The notes beneath the pieces were generated by a model. The model ran no database searches. It had not been told where the DNA came from and saw only the letters and a list, made by a program, of their open reading frames with translations. The position numbers and the translations under genes were made by a program. Shown in pieces: positions 47,281 to 56,970 of a DNA stretch of 64,000 nucleotides (position 1 is its first letter; each line of letters opens with the position of its first letter). This stretch comes from Patescibacteria group bacterium (GTDB lineage: Bacteria > Patescibacteriota > Microgenomatia > UBA8517), in assembly GCA_036381415.1 (NCBI GenBank), contig DASVCV010000002.1, positions 20,091 through 84,090 on the forward strand, given 5' to 3'.

Positions 47281-48318
47281 ATGGATTCTGCTCACAGCCA
47301 GATTGATGAACTTGTTAACAAAGTAAAAGGTGTAAGACTTCCTGAAGGATTGGCTGAAATAGTACTAACTAGATTAGAACAGCTTTCAAAGCTGACTAAT
47401 TCCCCTACTTTTTTACCTGAGTTTGACAGCATGAATAGATATGTAGATTGGATTGTGAATTTGCCTTGGGATAAAAAGACACAAGATATTTTAGATTTAG
47501 ATCACTCCAAGAAAGTTTTAGATAAAAACCATTTCGGTTTAAATGAAATTAAAGACAGACTTTTAGAATACATATCTGTACTTAAACTTAGAGGAAATAC
47601 TGCAGAGATTGCACGCGCCCCTATTCTTTGCTTTGTAGGGTTAGTTGGAACTGGAAAAACAACTATTGCGTCATCAATTGCAGAAGCACTTGGCAGGAAG
47701 TTTGCCCGCATTCCTTTTGGAGGAATGGGAGATCCACTTGATTTAAGAGGCCAGTCAAGACTGCATGCAGAAGCAGAGCCTGGAAAAATAATTAAAGCTT
47801 TAAAGGGAACTGGATCAAGAAATCCAGTAATTCTTCTTGATGAAATAGATAGGGTTACAGATCAGGGAAGAGCTTCTATTATGGGAGTATTAGTTGAACT
47901 ATTAGATCCAGAACAAAATCATGCCTTTGTTGATCACTATATTGATTATCCTTTTGATTTATCAGAAGTATTATTTATTGCAACTGCAAACAATACAACA
48001 AATATTGCTACAGCAGTATTAGATAGGTTGGAGCCAATTCAAATGCCTTCATATACTGATTTAGAAAAGATAACAATTGGAAAAACCTATGTATTGCCTA
48101 AGGCAGTTAAGACGGCTGGGATTCCTGATGGAGCACTTTCTTTTGATGAAGAAGTGTGGCCACAAGTTGTAAGACCTTTGGGATTTGATGCAGGAATTAG
48201 AACTTTAGAGAGGACTATTGATGGAATAGTGAGGAAAGTGGCAAGAGAAATAGTTGAAGGAAAATCACAATCTGTTAAAATCACTTCACAGAATGTAAAA
48301 CAATACATTCCTCAATAA
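47281..48318 (+). CDS. Lon-like AAA+ ATPase module without N-terminal or protease domain
   Basis: LPW, LDKNHFGLNEIKDRLLEY, GLVGTGKT, ILLDEID, LLDPEQN, DLSEVLFIATAN; ends before any Ser-Lys domain. Confidence 0.88.
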   Translation: MDSAHSQIDELVNKVKGVRLPEGLAEIVLTRLEQLSKLTNSPTFLPEFDSMNRYVDWIVNLPWDKKTQDILDLDHSKKVLDKNHFGLNEIKDRLLEYISVLKLRGNTAEIARAPILCFVGLVGTGKTTIASSIAEALGRKFARIPFGGMGDPLDLRGQSRLHAEAEPGKIIKALKGTGSRNPVILLDEIDRVTDQGRASIMGVLVELLDPEQNHAFVDHYIDYPFDLSEVLFIATANNTTNIATAVLDRLEPIQMPSYTDLEKITIGKTYVLPKAVKTAGIPDGALSFDEEVWPQVVRPLGFDAGIRTLERTIDGIVRKVAREIVEGKSQSVKITSQNVKQYIPQ

Positions 48319-48324
48319 ATTTAA

Positions 48325-48999
48325 ATGAGTGAAGCCCCAAAATTTTATACAGAAGAGACTTCTATTGATGATTTGTTGAAATCAGTGCCAGCTGACACAA
48401 AGGTTTTATCTTTGTGTGAGGGTCATACAAGTCAAGCAACAAAAAGAGAAGTTGCAGAGTGTATGGAAGAATTAGGAAGGTTAGGTTTTACACATTTAGC
48501 AATGGAAGCTTTTGGAATTGATGCACAGGAGGCATTGAATGAATACCAAGAAAGTTCAACGAATAAAGGTAGAAAGGGTTTACTTAAGTATTTAAAAAGA
48601 GGCTTGGGTGGATGGCTGACCAAAGGGCCTGAATTATATATGGGAATAGTTGATGCTGCTATTAAAAATGGAATAAAGGTAAGAGGAATTGCTTTGCCAC
48701 AAAAAGAAGAGAGTAAATTTTCTGGAGTTTTTGAGTTAAGAGATCTACTAGATAGAAAGGATATACATATGGCGGGAGCTGTAGCATCTATACTAAATGA
48801 GAATCCAAGCAATAGGGTTATTACTTTTACAGGGACTAATCACGTCATATATGGCAAATCAATGGGAGGGTACTTAAGAGAAAGTAAAATTGATACATTT
48901 AATGTTGTGTTTTTGGGTAAAGATTACCCAACTGAAGAATTGACTAAAAGAAAAGGAAATTTGTTATATGATTGTGTTATACAGTTATCTGAAAAATAA
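48325..48999 (+). CDS. Hypothetical protein, possibly ChaN/TraB/EreA superfamily
   Basis: LCEGH, THLAME, KDIHMA and FTGTNHV resemble the GExH / E / RDxxMA / GxxH pattern. Confidence 0.5.
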   Translation: MSEAPKFYTEETSIDDLLKSVPADTKVLSLCEGHTSQATKREVAECMEELGRLGFTHLAMEAFGIDAQEALNEYQESSTNKGRKGLLKYLKRGLGGWLTKGPELYMGIVDAAIKNGIKVRGIALPQKEESKFSGVFELRDLLDRKDIHMAGAVASILNENPSNRVITFTGTNHVIYGKSMGGYLRESKIDTFNVVFLGKDYPTEELTKRKGNLLYDCVIQLSEK

Positions 49000-49002
49000 A
49001 AT

Positions 49003-49605
49003 ATGGATAAAAGAGAAAAGTTAAAGAAATTAAGAGAAGAGATGTTAGCTGATGAGAGCTTACCTCTAAGAAAGGGAGCAACTAATTTGGTTTTTGGAGA
49101 GGGAAATGCTGATGCCAAAATACTAGCAATTGGGGAAGGTCCTGGGTTCCATGAAGATAGATTAGGAAGGCCATTTGTAGGTAATGCAGGTAATCTACTT
49201 AACAAACTTCTTGCTACTATAAAATTAAATAGAGAAGATGTTTTTATAACCAACATGGTTTTTTATAGGCCTCCTAATAACCGTGATCCATTTCCTAATG
49301 AACTTAAAGCATTTGAAAAATATATGGATCAGATTATTGAAATAATTAGTCCCAAAGTAATTATTACTTTGGGAAGATTTTCCATGGGTAAGTTTTTACC
49401 AGATGTTAAAATTAGTTCTGTGCATGGGAGGACTTTTAAGCTAAACTTCAAGGGTAGAGGGATAACTGTTGTTCCAATGTATCATCCGGCAGCAGCATTA
49501 AGAAGGAATGATGTGATGGAGCAAATAAAAGCAGATTTCTTAAAATTGCCGACTATCTTAAAAGAGGCTACAAAACCTGAAATAAAACAGGAAGGACTAT
49601 TCTAA
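49003..49605 (+). CDS. Uracil-DNA glycosylase family 4
   Basis: GEGPGFHED, PFVGNAG, RPPNNRDP, YHPAAAL. Confidence 0.92.
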   Translation: MDKREKLKKLREEMLADESLPLRKGATNLVFGEGNADAKILAIGEGPGFHEDRLGRPFVGNAGNLLNKLLATIKLNREDVFITNMVFYRPPNNRDPFPNELKAFEKYMDQIIEIISPKVIITLGRFSMGKFLPDVKISSVHGRTFKLNFKGRGITVVPMYHPAAALRRNDVMEQIKADFLKLPTILKEATKPEIKQEGLF

Positions 49606-49620
49606 ATTATTTAAAAATAT

Positions 49621-51270
49621 ATGGGACTTAAATTTATTGCAATATCAGGAACTACTGGAGTGACACAAAATTGCTATGTCTATGAGTATGGAAATGACAT
49701 GATTGTTGTTGATTGTGGAGTAGGTTTTCCAGAACCTGAAATGTATGGAGTGGATTTAATTATTCCTGACTTTAGTTATATTATTCAAAACAAAAGCAAG
49801 TTAAAAGGGATTGTAATTTCTCATGGACATGAAGATCATCTAGGGGCACTCCCCTTTCTACTTAAAGAGGTAAATGTTCCGATTTATTCAACTGAATTGG
49901 TTGCTGGATTTATTGAGGATAAGTTTGAGGATCAGGGAATAAAAGCTCCTAAGGTAAATATCTTTAACCCAGAGAGGGATTCTGTAACTCTTGGAGTGTT
50001 TAAGATAACTCCATTTAGAGTTTCTCATTCAGTTCCTGATGGAGTTGGGTTTTGCATTGATACACCAGAAGGAAAAGTATTTCATGTACCTGATTATAAA
50101 TTTGATTGGACACCAGTTGATGGCAAGCCATTTGATGTAGCAAAAGCTGCAAGTTTGGCAAGTGAGGGAGCACTCATGCTTGCATCAGATGCATTAGGAT
50201 CAACAACTGCCGGATATACAGAAAGTGAGAAATCAATTGAGGGAAGAATTGAGATGATTGTAAGTAAAGCTACAAAACAAGTTTTCTTTACGACAATTTC
50301 TTCAAATATTTCTAGAATTCAGCAAGCAATTAATGTTGCTTCACGGTTAGGAAGAAAGGTTTCTATTATCGGCCGCTCAATTGATAGAAAGGCTGCAATT
50401 GCAAAAGAATTGGGGCTTCTTAAATATCCTGAAAATTTAGTAATTAATCCAAAGCAGGCAGGAAAGTTAGATCCTTCAAAGATTATGTACATAATATCTG
50501 GTTCATATGGACAGCCAGGAAGTGCTTTATATAGAACTGCACTTGGAGAACATGACTTTTTACAAATTGATAAAGAAGATATTGTAATATTTTCTTCAGA
50601 TCCAGCTCCTCCTGGGTCTAAAACAAATGTTGATTTTGTGGTTGACCATTTAATAGAAGCAGGGGCTGATGTTCATTATTATGAGATACAAGAAGATTTG
50701 CATGTTTCAGGACATGGATGCCAGGAAGATATAAAAATGCTATTTGCATTAATTAAACCAAAATACTTTATTCCAATTGGAGGAACAATTAGACACATGA
50801 GAGCTTTCAGTGAAATAGCACAGGATATGGGAGCATCTGCCAACCGTGTGTTTGAGCTAAGAGAAGGGGATGTTGTAGAGTTTGCTAATCAGAATGCAAA
50901 GAAGACTGGACATATTCAGGTTAAAAATGTGTTGGTGGATGGGCTTGGAATTGGGGATGTTGGAAACGTAGTATTACGGGATAGACATGTACTTGCTAAA
51001 GAGGGAGTTGTTATTGCAATACTTCATATTGACTCTGACAAACAGATAATAGTAGAAAACCCAGACCTGGTTAGCCGAGGTTTTGTGTTTGAAGGAAAGA
51101 ATTCAAGAATTCTGGAGGAGGCTTCAAAGCAGCTGAAGAATTTTTTGGATAGGAAAAGAAGGGTGGATTCAAAACTGGCAAGGGATGCAGCAGTAGACTT
51201 TTTGGAAAGGTTCTTTTTCAAGCAGATAGGAAGAAGACCAATGATACTTCCTGTGGTAGTTGAAGTGTAA
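49621..51270 (+). CDS. rnj: Ribonuclease J
   Basis: SHGHEDHLG, HSVPD, DYKFD, HVSGHG, RRPMILPVVVEV. Confidence 0.95.
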   Translation: MGLKFIAISGTTGVTQNCYVYEYGNDMIVVDCGVGFPEPEMYGVDLIIPDFSYIIQNKSKLKGIVISHGHEDHLGALPFLLKEVNVPIYSTELVAGFIEDKFEDQGIKAPKVNIFNPERDSVTLGVFKITPFRVSHSVPDGVGFCIDTPEGKVFHVPDYKFDWTPVDGKPFDVAKAASLASEGALMLASDALGSTTAGYTESEKSIEGRIEMIVSKATKQVFFTTISSNISRIQQAINVASRLGRKVSIIGRSIDRKAAIAKELGLLKYPENLVINPKQAGKLDPSKIMYIISGSYGQPGSALYRTALGEHDFLQIDKEDIVIFSSDPAPPGSKTNVDFVVDHLIEAGADVHYYEIQEDLHVSGHGCQEDIKMLFALIKPKYFIPIGGTIRHMRAFSEIAQDMGASANRVFELREGDVVEFANQNAKKTGHIQVKNVLVDGLGIGDVGNVVLRDRHVLAKEGVVIAILHIDSDKQIIVENPDLVSRGFVFEGKNSRILEEASKQLKNFLDRKRRVDSKLARDAAVDFLERFFFKQIGRRPMILPVVVEV

Positions 51271-51322
51271 CTTCAAATATTTTATATTGGTTTCTCCATA
51301 CCTTTAGTTGGTATAATGAATT

Positions 51323-53440
51323 ATGAGTCAAAAGAATAAAAAAAGGATGAAGTCCAAGAAAGCCTTTAAGTTAAAACTTAAGAAGGAAACAATGCACTCC
51401 ATTTCTCAGGTAGTTTTCTTTGCATTGACTGCTCTTGTTATTATTTCATTCTCAAGAAGAGGTGAAATTCTTATTCAACTAAATGATTTTTTGATGACTT
51501 ACTTTTCTTGGACAACAATATTTTTGCCTTTCATTTTTCTTTCTTTTGGATTTTTGGTTTCTAAATTTAGAAATCCTCTGTCTTCTCCAAATGTTGTAGT
51601 TGGTGCACTCTTATTTTTTATTTCTCTAATGACTCTTTCAAGGGCAGGCATAGTTGGACAGGCAAGCTGGGAAGGATTATCAGGTCTTATTACAGGAGTG
51701 GGAGCATTTATACTTTTGTGTGGAACAATATTGGTGGGACTTATTATTTTATTTAACACATCTTTGGACCAAGTACTTGCTTTGGTTGGAGATGGACTTA
51801 AACAGTTAAGGTATTATATTTTAGGTGAGAAGAAATTTGAAAAAGGATTAACTGGACTTACACCTAAAAAAGAATTAAAAGTGGTTGGGGGAAGTATTAA
51901 TACTCCAGCTCCTAATTCTAGGAATGATAAGTCAGCAGTTTCTAAAGAACCTCTTGAATCAAAACTTGTAAGTAATGTTCCTGGAGAAAGCAAAGTTTGG
52001 AAGTATCCTCCTTTATCTATTTTGACCCACACTGAGGGAGGTCATGCAGATAGAGGAGACATTAAAGGAAATGCTCATATTATTGAGCAGACATTAGAGT
52101 CTTTTGGAATCACAGCAAGAGTTGTTGAGGTTAACCTTGGACCTGCTGTGACACAATATGCATTAGAAGTTGCACTTGGAACGAAGCTTTCTAAGATTAC
52201 GGCTTTGGAGAGGGATATGGCACGCGCTTTGGCTTCTCCAACAGGTCAAATTAGAATTGAAGCACCCATTCCTGGGAGAAGCTTGGTTGGAATTGAGTTA
52301 CCTAATAGAGCACCTGAGTTTGTTCCTCTAAAGAAAATGATGGAGTCAGAGATACTAACTTCCAGTAGTTCAAAGCTTTCAGTATCACTTGGATTTGATG
52401 TTACTGGAAAACCAGTTGTAGCTGATATTGGACGCATGCCGCATGTTTTAATTGCAGGGCAAACTGGAAGTGGAAAATCAGTTTGTATAAACACTTTTCT
52501 TTCTACGCTATTGTTTAGAGCATCCCCTTCTGAGGTTAAATTAATTTTGGTTGATCCAAAGAGAGTGGAATTAACTGGATATAACGGAATTCCACATTTG
52601 CTTGCTCCTGTAATAGTGGAGCCTGAGAAAGTTATTTCAGCATTAAGATGGGTAATGGCTGAAATGGACAGAAGATATAAATTGTTTGCTCAAGCTGGAG
52701 TAAGAAATATTGATGCATATAATGAGATGAGTGGGTTCCAAGCACTTCCTTTTATTATTCTATTTATTGATGAACTTGCTGATATTATGCTTTTCTCACC
52801 AGTTGAAGTTGAGGATGCAATAACCCGTATTGCTCAGATGTCTAGAGCTACTGGAATTCATATGGTACTTGCTACTCAGAGGCCTTCAGTTGATGTTATT
52901 ACGGGACTTATCAAAGCAAATATTCCTGCTAGAATTGCATTTGCGGTATCTTCTTTGGTGGACTCTAGAGTGATTTTAGATACTCCTGGAGCAGAGAAGT
53001 TATTAGGAAAAGGAGATATGCTTTATCTTCCTCCTGAACAGGCAAAGCCTATGAGAATTCAGGGAGCATATGTGTCTGATAAAGAGATAACAAGTCTTGT
53101 GACATTTTTGAAGAATCAGGGAGTTACTCCACAATATACTGATGAAGTTACAACTATGGCAAAAGCAGGAACAAATATGGTTCCTGGAGTTGAAGGGAAT
53201 TTGGATGATTTGTTTAAAGAGGCAGTTAAAATAGTCTGCCAATTTGATAAAGCATCCGCGTCACTTCTACAGAGACGTCTGTCTGTTGGATATGCAAGAG
53301 CTGCCAAAATTATTGACCAATTGGAGGCAGCACATGTAATTGGTCCAGGACAGGGAGCAAAGCCAAGAGAGGTTTTGATTCAGGATGCTGAAGCTTTTTT
53401 GTCTGCTGGCAAGAATGATGCTCCTCCCCTTTCTGGTTAA
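51323..53440 (+). CDS. ftsK: DNA translocase FtsK/SpoIIIE
   Basis: N-terminal TMs, GQTGSGKS, DELAD, ATQRPS, GAEKLLGKGDML, gamma domain LQRRLSVGYARA. Confidence 0.97.
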   Translation: MSQKNKKRMKSKKAFKLKLKKETMHSISQVVFFALTALVIISFSRRGEILIQLNDFLMTYFSWTTIFLPFIFLSFGFLVSKFRNPLSSPNVVVGALLFFISLMTLSRAGIVGQASWEGLSGLITGVGAFILLCGTILVGLIILFNTSLDQVLALVGDGLKQLRYYILGEKKFEKGLTGLTPKKELKVVGGSINTPAPNSRNDKSAVSKEPLESKLVSNVPGESKVWKYPPLSILTHTEGGHADRGDIKGNAHIIEQTLESFGITARVVEVNLGPAVTQYALEVALGTKLSKITALERDMARALASPTGQIRIEAPIPGRSLVGIELPNRAPEFVPLKKMMESEILTSSSSKLSVSLGFDVTGKPVVADIGRMPHVLIAGQTGSGKSVCINTFLSTLLFRASPSEVKLILVDPKRVELTGYNGIPHLLAPVIVEPEKVISALRWVMAEMDRRYKLFAQAGVRNIDAYNEMSGFQALPFIILFIDELADIMLFSPVEVEDAITRIAQMSRATGIHMVLATQRPSVDVITGLIKANIPARIAFAVSSLVDSRVILDTPGAEKLLGKGDMLYLPPEQAKPMRIQGAYVSDKEITSLVTFLKNQGVTPQYTDEVTTMAKAGTNMVPGVEGNLDDLFKEAVKIVCQFDKASASLLQRRLSVGYARAAKIIDQLEAAHVIGPGQGAKPREVLIQDAEAFLSAGKNDAPPLSG

Positions 53441-53454
53441 TATATAAAACTTAT

Positions 53455-54081
53455 ATGAGAAAATTTAGTGATTTTTTAATTGAAGCTAGGCGTGGCAAAG
53501 GACTAAAAGTGTCTGATGTTAGTGAAATGACAAAAATTAAGATGCAGTTTATCACTGCAATAGAAAATGAAGATTGGGAAAAACTTCCTCCTTTTCCAGT
53601 TGTTGTTGGGTTTGTTAAGAGTATTGCACATTTTTTAAATATTAATGAAAGAGAAGCTGTTGCACTCTTAAGAAGAGATTATCCAATTAAACCGGTTGTG
53701 GTAGCTCCTAAGCCAGATATGGAAACTAAATTTGTATGGTCACCAAGAAAAACTTTTGCAACTGGAGTAATTTTAATTGTTCTTGTAGTAGCAGGATATT
53801 TGGGTCTTTCTTATAGAAAATTTTCTAGTCCACCTAGATTGGTTGTTAGCGAACCAAAAGAAGGACAGACAGTAACAATAGGGACTTTGAAAGTTTTAGG
53901 AACAACTGATGTAGATGCAACTGTTAAGGTGAATAATCAACCAGCACTTGTGAGTGATCAAGGAGATTGGTCAACTGATATTAGTGTAGATAAAAATACT
54001 ACCAGTCTAACTATTGAGGCATTATCCAGATCTGGAAAGACTACTACAATTAATAGGAAAATACAGGTACAATCTAAATAG
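53455..54081 (+). CDS. RodZ-like HTH-TM-Ig protein
   Basis: N-terminal HTH (FITAIENEDWEKLP..GFVKS), TM, Ig-like C-terminus; follows ftsK. Confidence 0.75.
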   Translation: MRKFSDFLIEARRGKGLKVSDVSEMTKIKMQFITAIENEDWEKLPPFPVVVGFVKSIAHFLNINEREAVALLRRDYPIKPVVVAPKPDMETKFVWSPRKTFATGVILIVLVVAGYLGLSYRKFSSPPRLVVSEPKEGQTVTIGTLKVLGTTDVDATVKVNNQPALVSDQGDWSTDISVDKNTTSLTIEALSRSGKTTTINRKIQVQSK

Positions 54082-54100
54082 AAATAATTAATTAGTAATA

Positions 54101-54343
54101 ATGACAAGCATTCAAACAGTATTAGTAATTGTAATAATAGCTTTAGCTTTTCTTTTATTTATAGTTGGATTTCAGGTGCTCATGATTATTCTTGATTTAA
54201 GAAGAGCAATTAAGAGATTAAACAGTATTTTAGAGGATGCAATCTTAGGTGGAGGATTAATTAGACCTGAGAAGCTTACTGGAATAATGGAGCTGTTTAG
54301 AAAAGGAAAAGATCGAGGGTTGGGAACACATGGACAAAGGTAG
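54101..54343 (+). CDS. Small TM plus coiled-coil protein (DUF948-like)
   Basis: Hydrophobic N-half followed by DLRRAIKRLNSILED. Confidence 0.6.
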   Translation: MTSIQTVLVIVIIALAFLLFIVGFQVLMIILDLRRAIKRLNSILEDAILGGGLIRPEKLTGIMELFRKGKDRGLGTHGQR

Positions 54344-54346
54344 ATT

Positions 54347-55063
54347 TTAAAATTTGTGCCTCATCCAATTTTTGGCATTTCTTTTTGCTTCTTCTTTTGT
54401 AATAACTTTAAGATGTACGTCCATCCCCATATTTGGATCCACATTGTCTGAAATAAGGTGTGTGGGGGCATTTTCAATTTTTGTAATAATATTTCTTAAG
54501 TCAAAAATAAAAGATCTGATTGGCAGATGAGTAGTGTCTTTGAGCTTATATATATTTTTTGAAAAGAAACCATTGTCTTTAGGTCCTTTTTGTAGAGATT
54601 TAAGGCACCTAATACCTTCCTCATACCTTACTTCATCAGATTGGAAGTTTTCAAAGTTTGTATAGGTTTGAGGCTTTGCTGTGTTTTGAATATGTATATA
54701 TGGCCACAAAGAGGCAAGGAAGGATTTTAAGTCTTTGTTATCCAGTAGTTTGAAAACTGCGTTTGACTGCAGTCTCCTTTTAATCCATGTATCAAGTGTG
54801 ACGTTTTGTAGTTCTGGGTAGGTAAGATTTAAAAATTCATTTAATTGGGATACTCTTATTCCTAAGCGTTCTGCTTCGATTTTTAGAGAGCAGTTGCGAA
54901 GTTTAAGCCAAGAGGCACCTTCTACTTTTGGCTCTTCCTTTTGTGCCATTGCGTTTTTGGGAACATCGACAGATTGTGGCTGTTGCCCACAAAAACCTTC
55001 TCTTTCCAGGTGGTATGAATAAGCTGACATACGGAAGTTTTCACTTTCGGCTATATGATACAC
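54347..55063 (-). CDS. Hypothetical protein
   Basis: 238-codon ORF downstream of the ATPase; no recognisable motif; start uncertain. Confidence 0.55.
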   Translation of the reverse strand: MYHIAESENFRMSAYSYHLEREGFCGQQPQSVDVPKNAMAQKEEPKVEGASWLKLRNCSLKIEAERLGIRVSQLNEFLNLTYPELQNVTLDTWIKRRLQSNAVFKLLDNKDLKSFLASLWPYIHIQNTAKPQTYTNFENFQSDEVRYEEGIRCLKSLQKGPKDNGFFSKNIYKLKDTTHLPIRSFIFDLRNIITKIENAPTHLISDNVDPNMGMDVHLKVITKEEAKRNAKNWMRHKF

Positions 55064-55066
55064 CTT

Positions 55067-56920
55067 TTAGGCAAGTATTTTATATCTTAGGACTCTAAAG
55101 GAGTTAAGTATGGGGAAGAAGTCAGTTACAAAATTATAGGCAGCTGCTCCTTGGGGTCCCATCTGGGAGGTAAGAACTAGTGTTAAGCCTATTGTGTTGA
55201 CTATACCCCAAATTAAAAAGTTTTGTTTTGAAATATTAGTTGTGTAGCGGCCGAGTTTGATTGCCTCAGCTACTTTAGAAAAATTATCCTGCATTAGGGC
55301 TATATCTGCTGCTTCAATTGCAGCATCAGATCCGATTGCACCCATTGCAATTCCAATATCTGCTAAGGCAAGGGAGGCGGCGTCATTTACTCCATCTCCT
55401 ACCATTGCCAATTTACCTTTTTTACTTAAATAAGTTTTGACATATTTAAGTTTGTCTTGGGGAAGAAGATTGGCATGGAATGTTGTAATGCCTACTTCTC
55501 TTGCTACACGGCTTGCCACATTTTCATTATCTCCCGTAAGCATGATAATGTCTTTTACACCTAAAGTTTTGAGCTTTGCGATAGTTGATTTGGCATCAGG
55601 ACGAATTTGGTCTGCAAGGGTTAGAAATGCTGCGAGCTTTCCTTTTATTCCGAGAAAGACCACGTCATATCCATCTTTTTGGTAGTCTTGGGCTGTTTTT
55701 ATCTGGTCTTGGGTTACTTCTACTTTTTCTTCTGAAACAAATCTTTGGCTTCCTACAACAACCTTGCTTCCGTTATAAGTAGCTACAATTCCTTTTCCTG
55801 CTACTTCTTTAAAGTTTTGAGGAGTTTTAATAGGGACACCATCATTTTTTGCATGCTGCGTTATTGCTTTTGCAATTGGATGTTCGGAAACTGATTCAAT
55901 GGATGCAAAAATGGAAAGAGCCTCATGACTTTTTAGCTTGCCAAAAGTGATAATTTTTTCAGTTTTAACAATTCCTTTTGTTAGAGTTCCTGTTTTATCA
56001 ACTATTATAGTATTAACTTTGGCAAGTCCTTCTATGAAGCTTCCTCCTTTAATAATTATTCCTTGTCTTGCCCCTTTTGCTATTGCACTCCAGAAGGCTA
56101 AAGGAATTGCTACTGCGATGTCATCAGCACATGCTACAAGAAGAACTGAAAGAACTATTGAGAGGTTGGAAGTTAAGAGATAAACTGCGATGGATCCAAA
56201 AAGAGTGATAAGAATATAGACAGTTGCAAATTTGTCAGCAACAGTTTGAATTCCAAGTTTCCCTCCTTGGGCTGACTCAACAAGTGCTACTATTTTTTCA
56301 AAAGTGGTGTCTTTACCTACTTTTTCTGTTTTAACAATTAAAGATCCTGTTAGACAAAGAGTGGAGCTTAACACTTTATGACCTTTTGTTTTAGTAACTG
56401 GAATTGATTCGCCTGTAAGGGAGGATTGATCAATTGAGGCATCTCCTTCAACTATTATTCCGTCGATCGGGATTCTATCTCCTGTTTCAACAACAACTAA
56501 ATCCCCTACATTTACATGTTCTACTGGTTCTTGAACAATTCCACCTTCTTTTTTTATTTTTACAATTTCTGGGCGGAGCTTAAGAAGACTTTTAATGGCA
56601 TCATGTGCTTTACCTTCTGTGTAGTCGCCAAAAATACGGGCTGAAGTGATCATTAGATTAATGAAAACTACAGATGCCCACTCACGGTTAAGAAGGGAAA
56701 CAAAAAGTGCAATGGAGGCGAGTAGGTCAACTGTTACTTTTCTATGTCTGACTGCTTTGAGTGCACTTAGCACTACAGGAATTGTTGCAAAGGTGCCAAC
56801 AATAACTATTAGAGTGTTTTCTGTCATGAATGGAAAGAGTTTTAGGTAATAGGTAACTAGAGAGAGAATAAGAGCTATAAGAAGAGCAATATTTAATTTA
56901 AGTGAGAGAGATTTATCCAT
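55067..56920 (-). CDS. Heavy-metal-type P1B ATPase with non-canonical transmembrane motif
   Basis: LTGES, DKTGTLT, SEHP, MLTGD, GDGVND; ACADD where CPC is expected. Confidence 0.92.
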   Translation of the reverse strand: MDKSLSLKLNIALLIALILSLVTYYLKLFPFMTENTLIVIVGTFATIPVVLSALKAVRHRKVTVDLLASIALFVSLLNREWASVVFINLMITSARIFGDYTEGKAHDAIKSLLKLRPEIVKIKKEGGIVQEPVEHVNVGDLVVVETGDRIPIDGIIVEGDASIDQSSLTGESIPVTKTKGHKVLSSTLCLTGSLIVKTEKVGKDTTFEKIVALVESAQGGKLGIQTVADKFATVYILITLFGSIAVYLLTSNLSIVLSVLLVACADDIAVAIPLAFWSAIAKGARQGIIIKGGSFIEGLAKVNTIIVDKTGTLTKGIVKTEKIITFGKLKSHEALSIFASIESVSEHPIAKAITQHAKNDGVPIKTPQNFKEVAGKGIVATYNGSKVVVGSQRFVSEEKVEVTQDQIKTAQDYQKDGYDVVFLGIKGKLAAFLTLADQIRPDAKSTIAKLKTLGVKDIIMLTGDNENVASRVAREVGITTFHANLLPQDKLKYVKTYLSKKGKLAMVGDGVNDAASLALADIGIAMGAIGSDAAIEAADIALMQDNFSKVAEAIKLGRYTTNISKQNFLIWGIVNTIGLTLVLTSQMGPQGAAAYNFVTDFFPILNSFRVLRYKILA

Positions 56921-56970
56921 TGGTTTATTATAACCTAGCTCATAGGTTTTGATTAGGATATAATTGCGTC

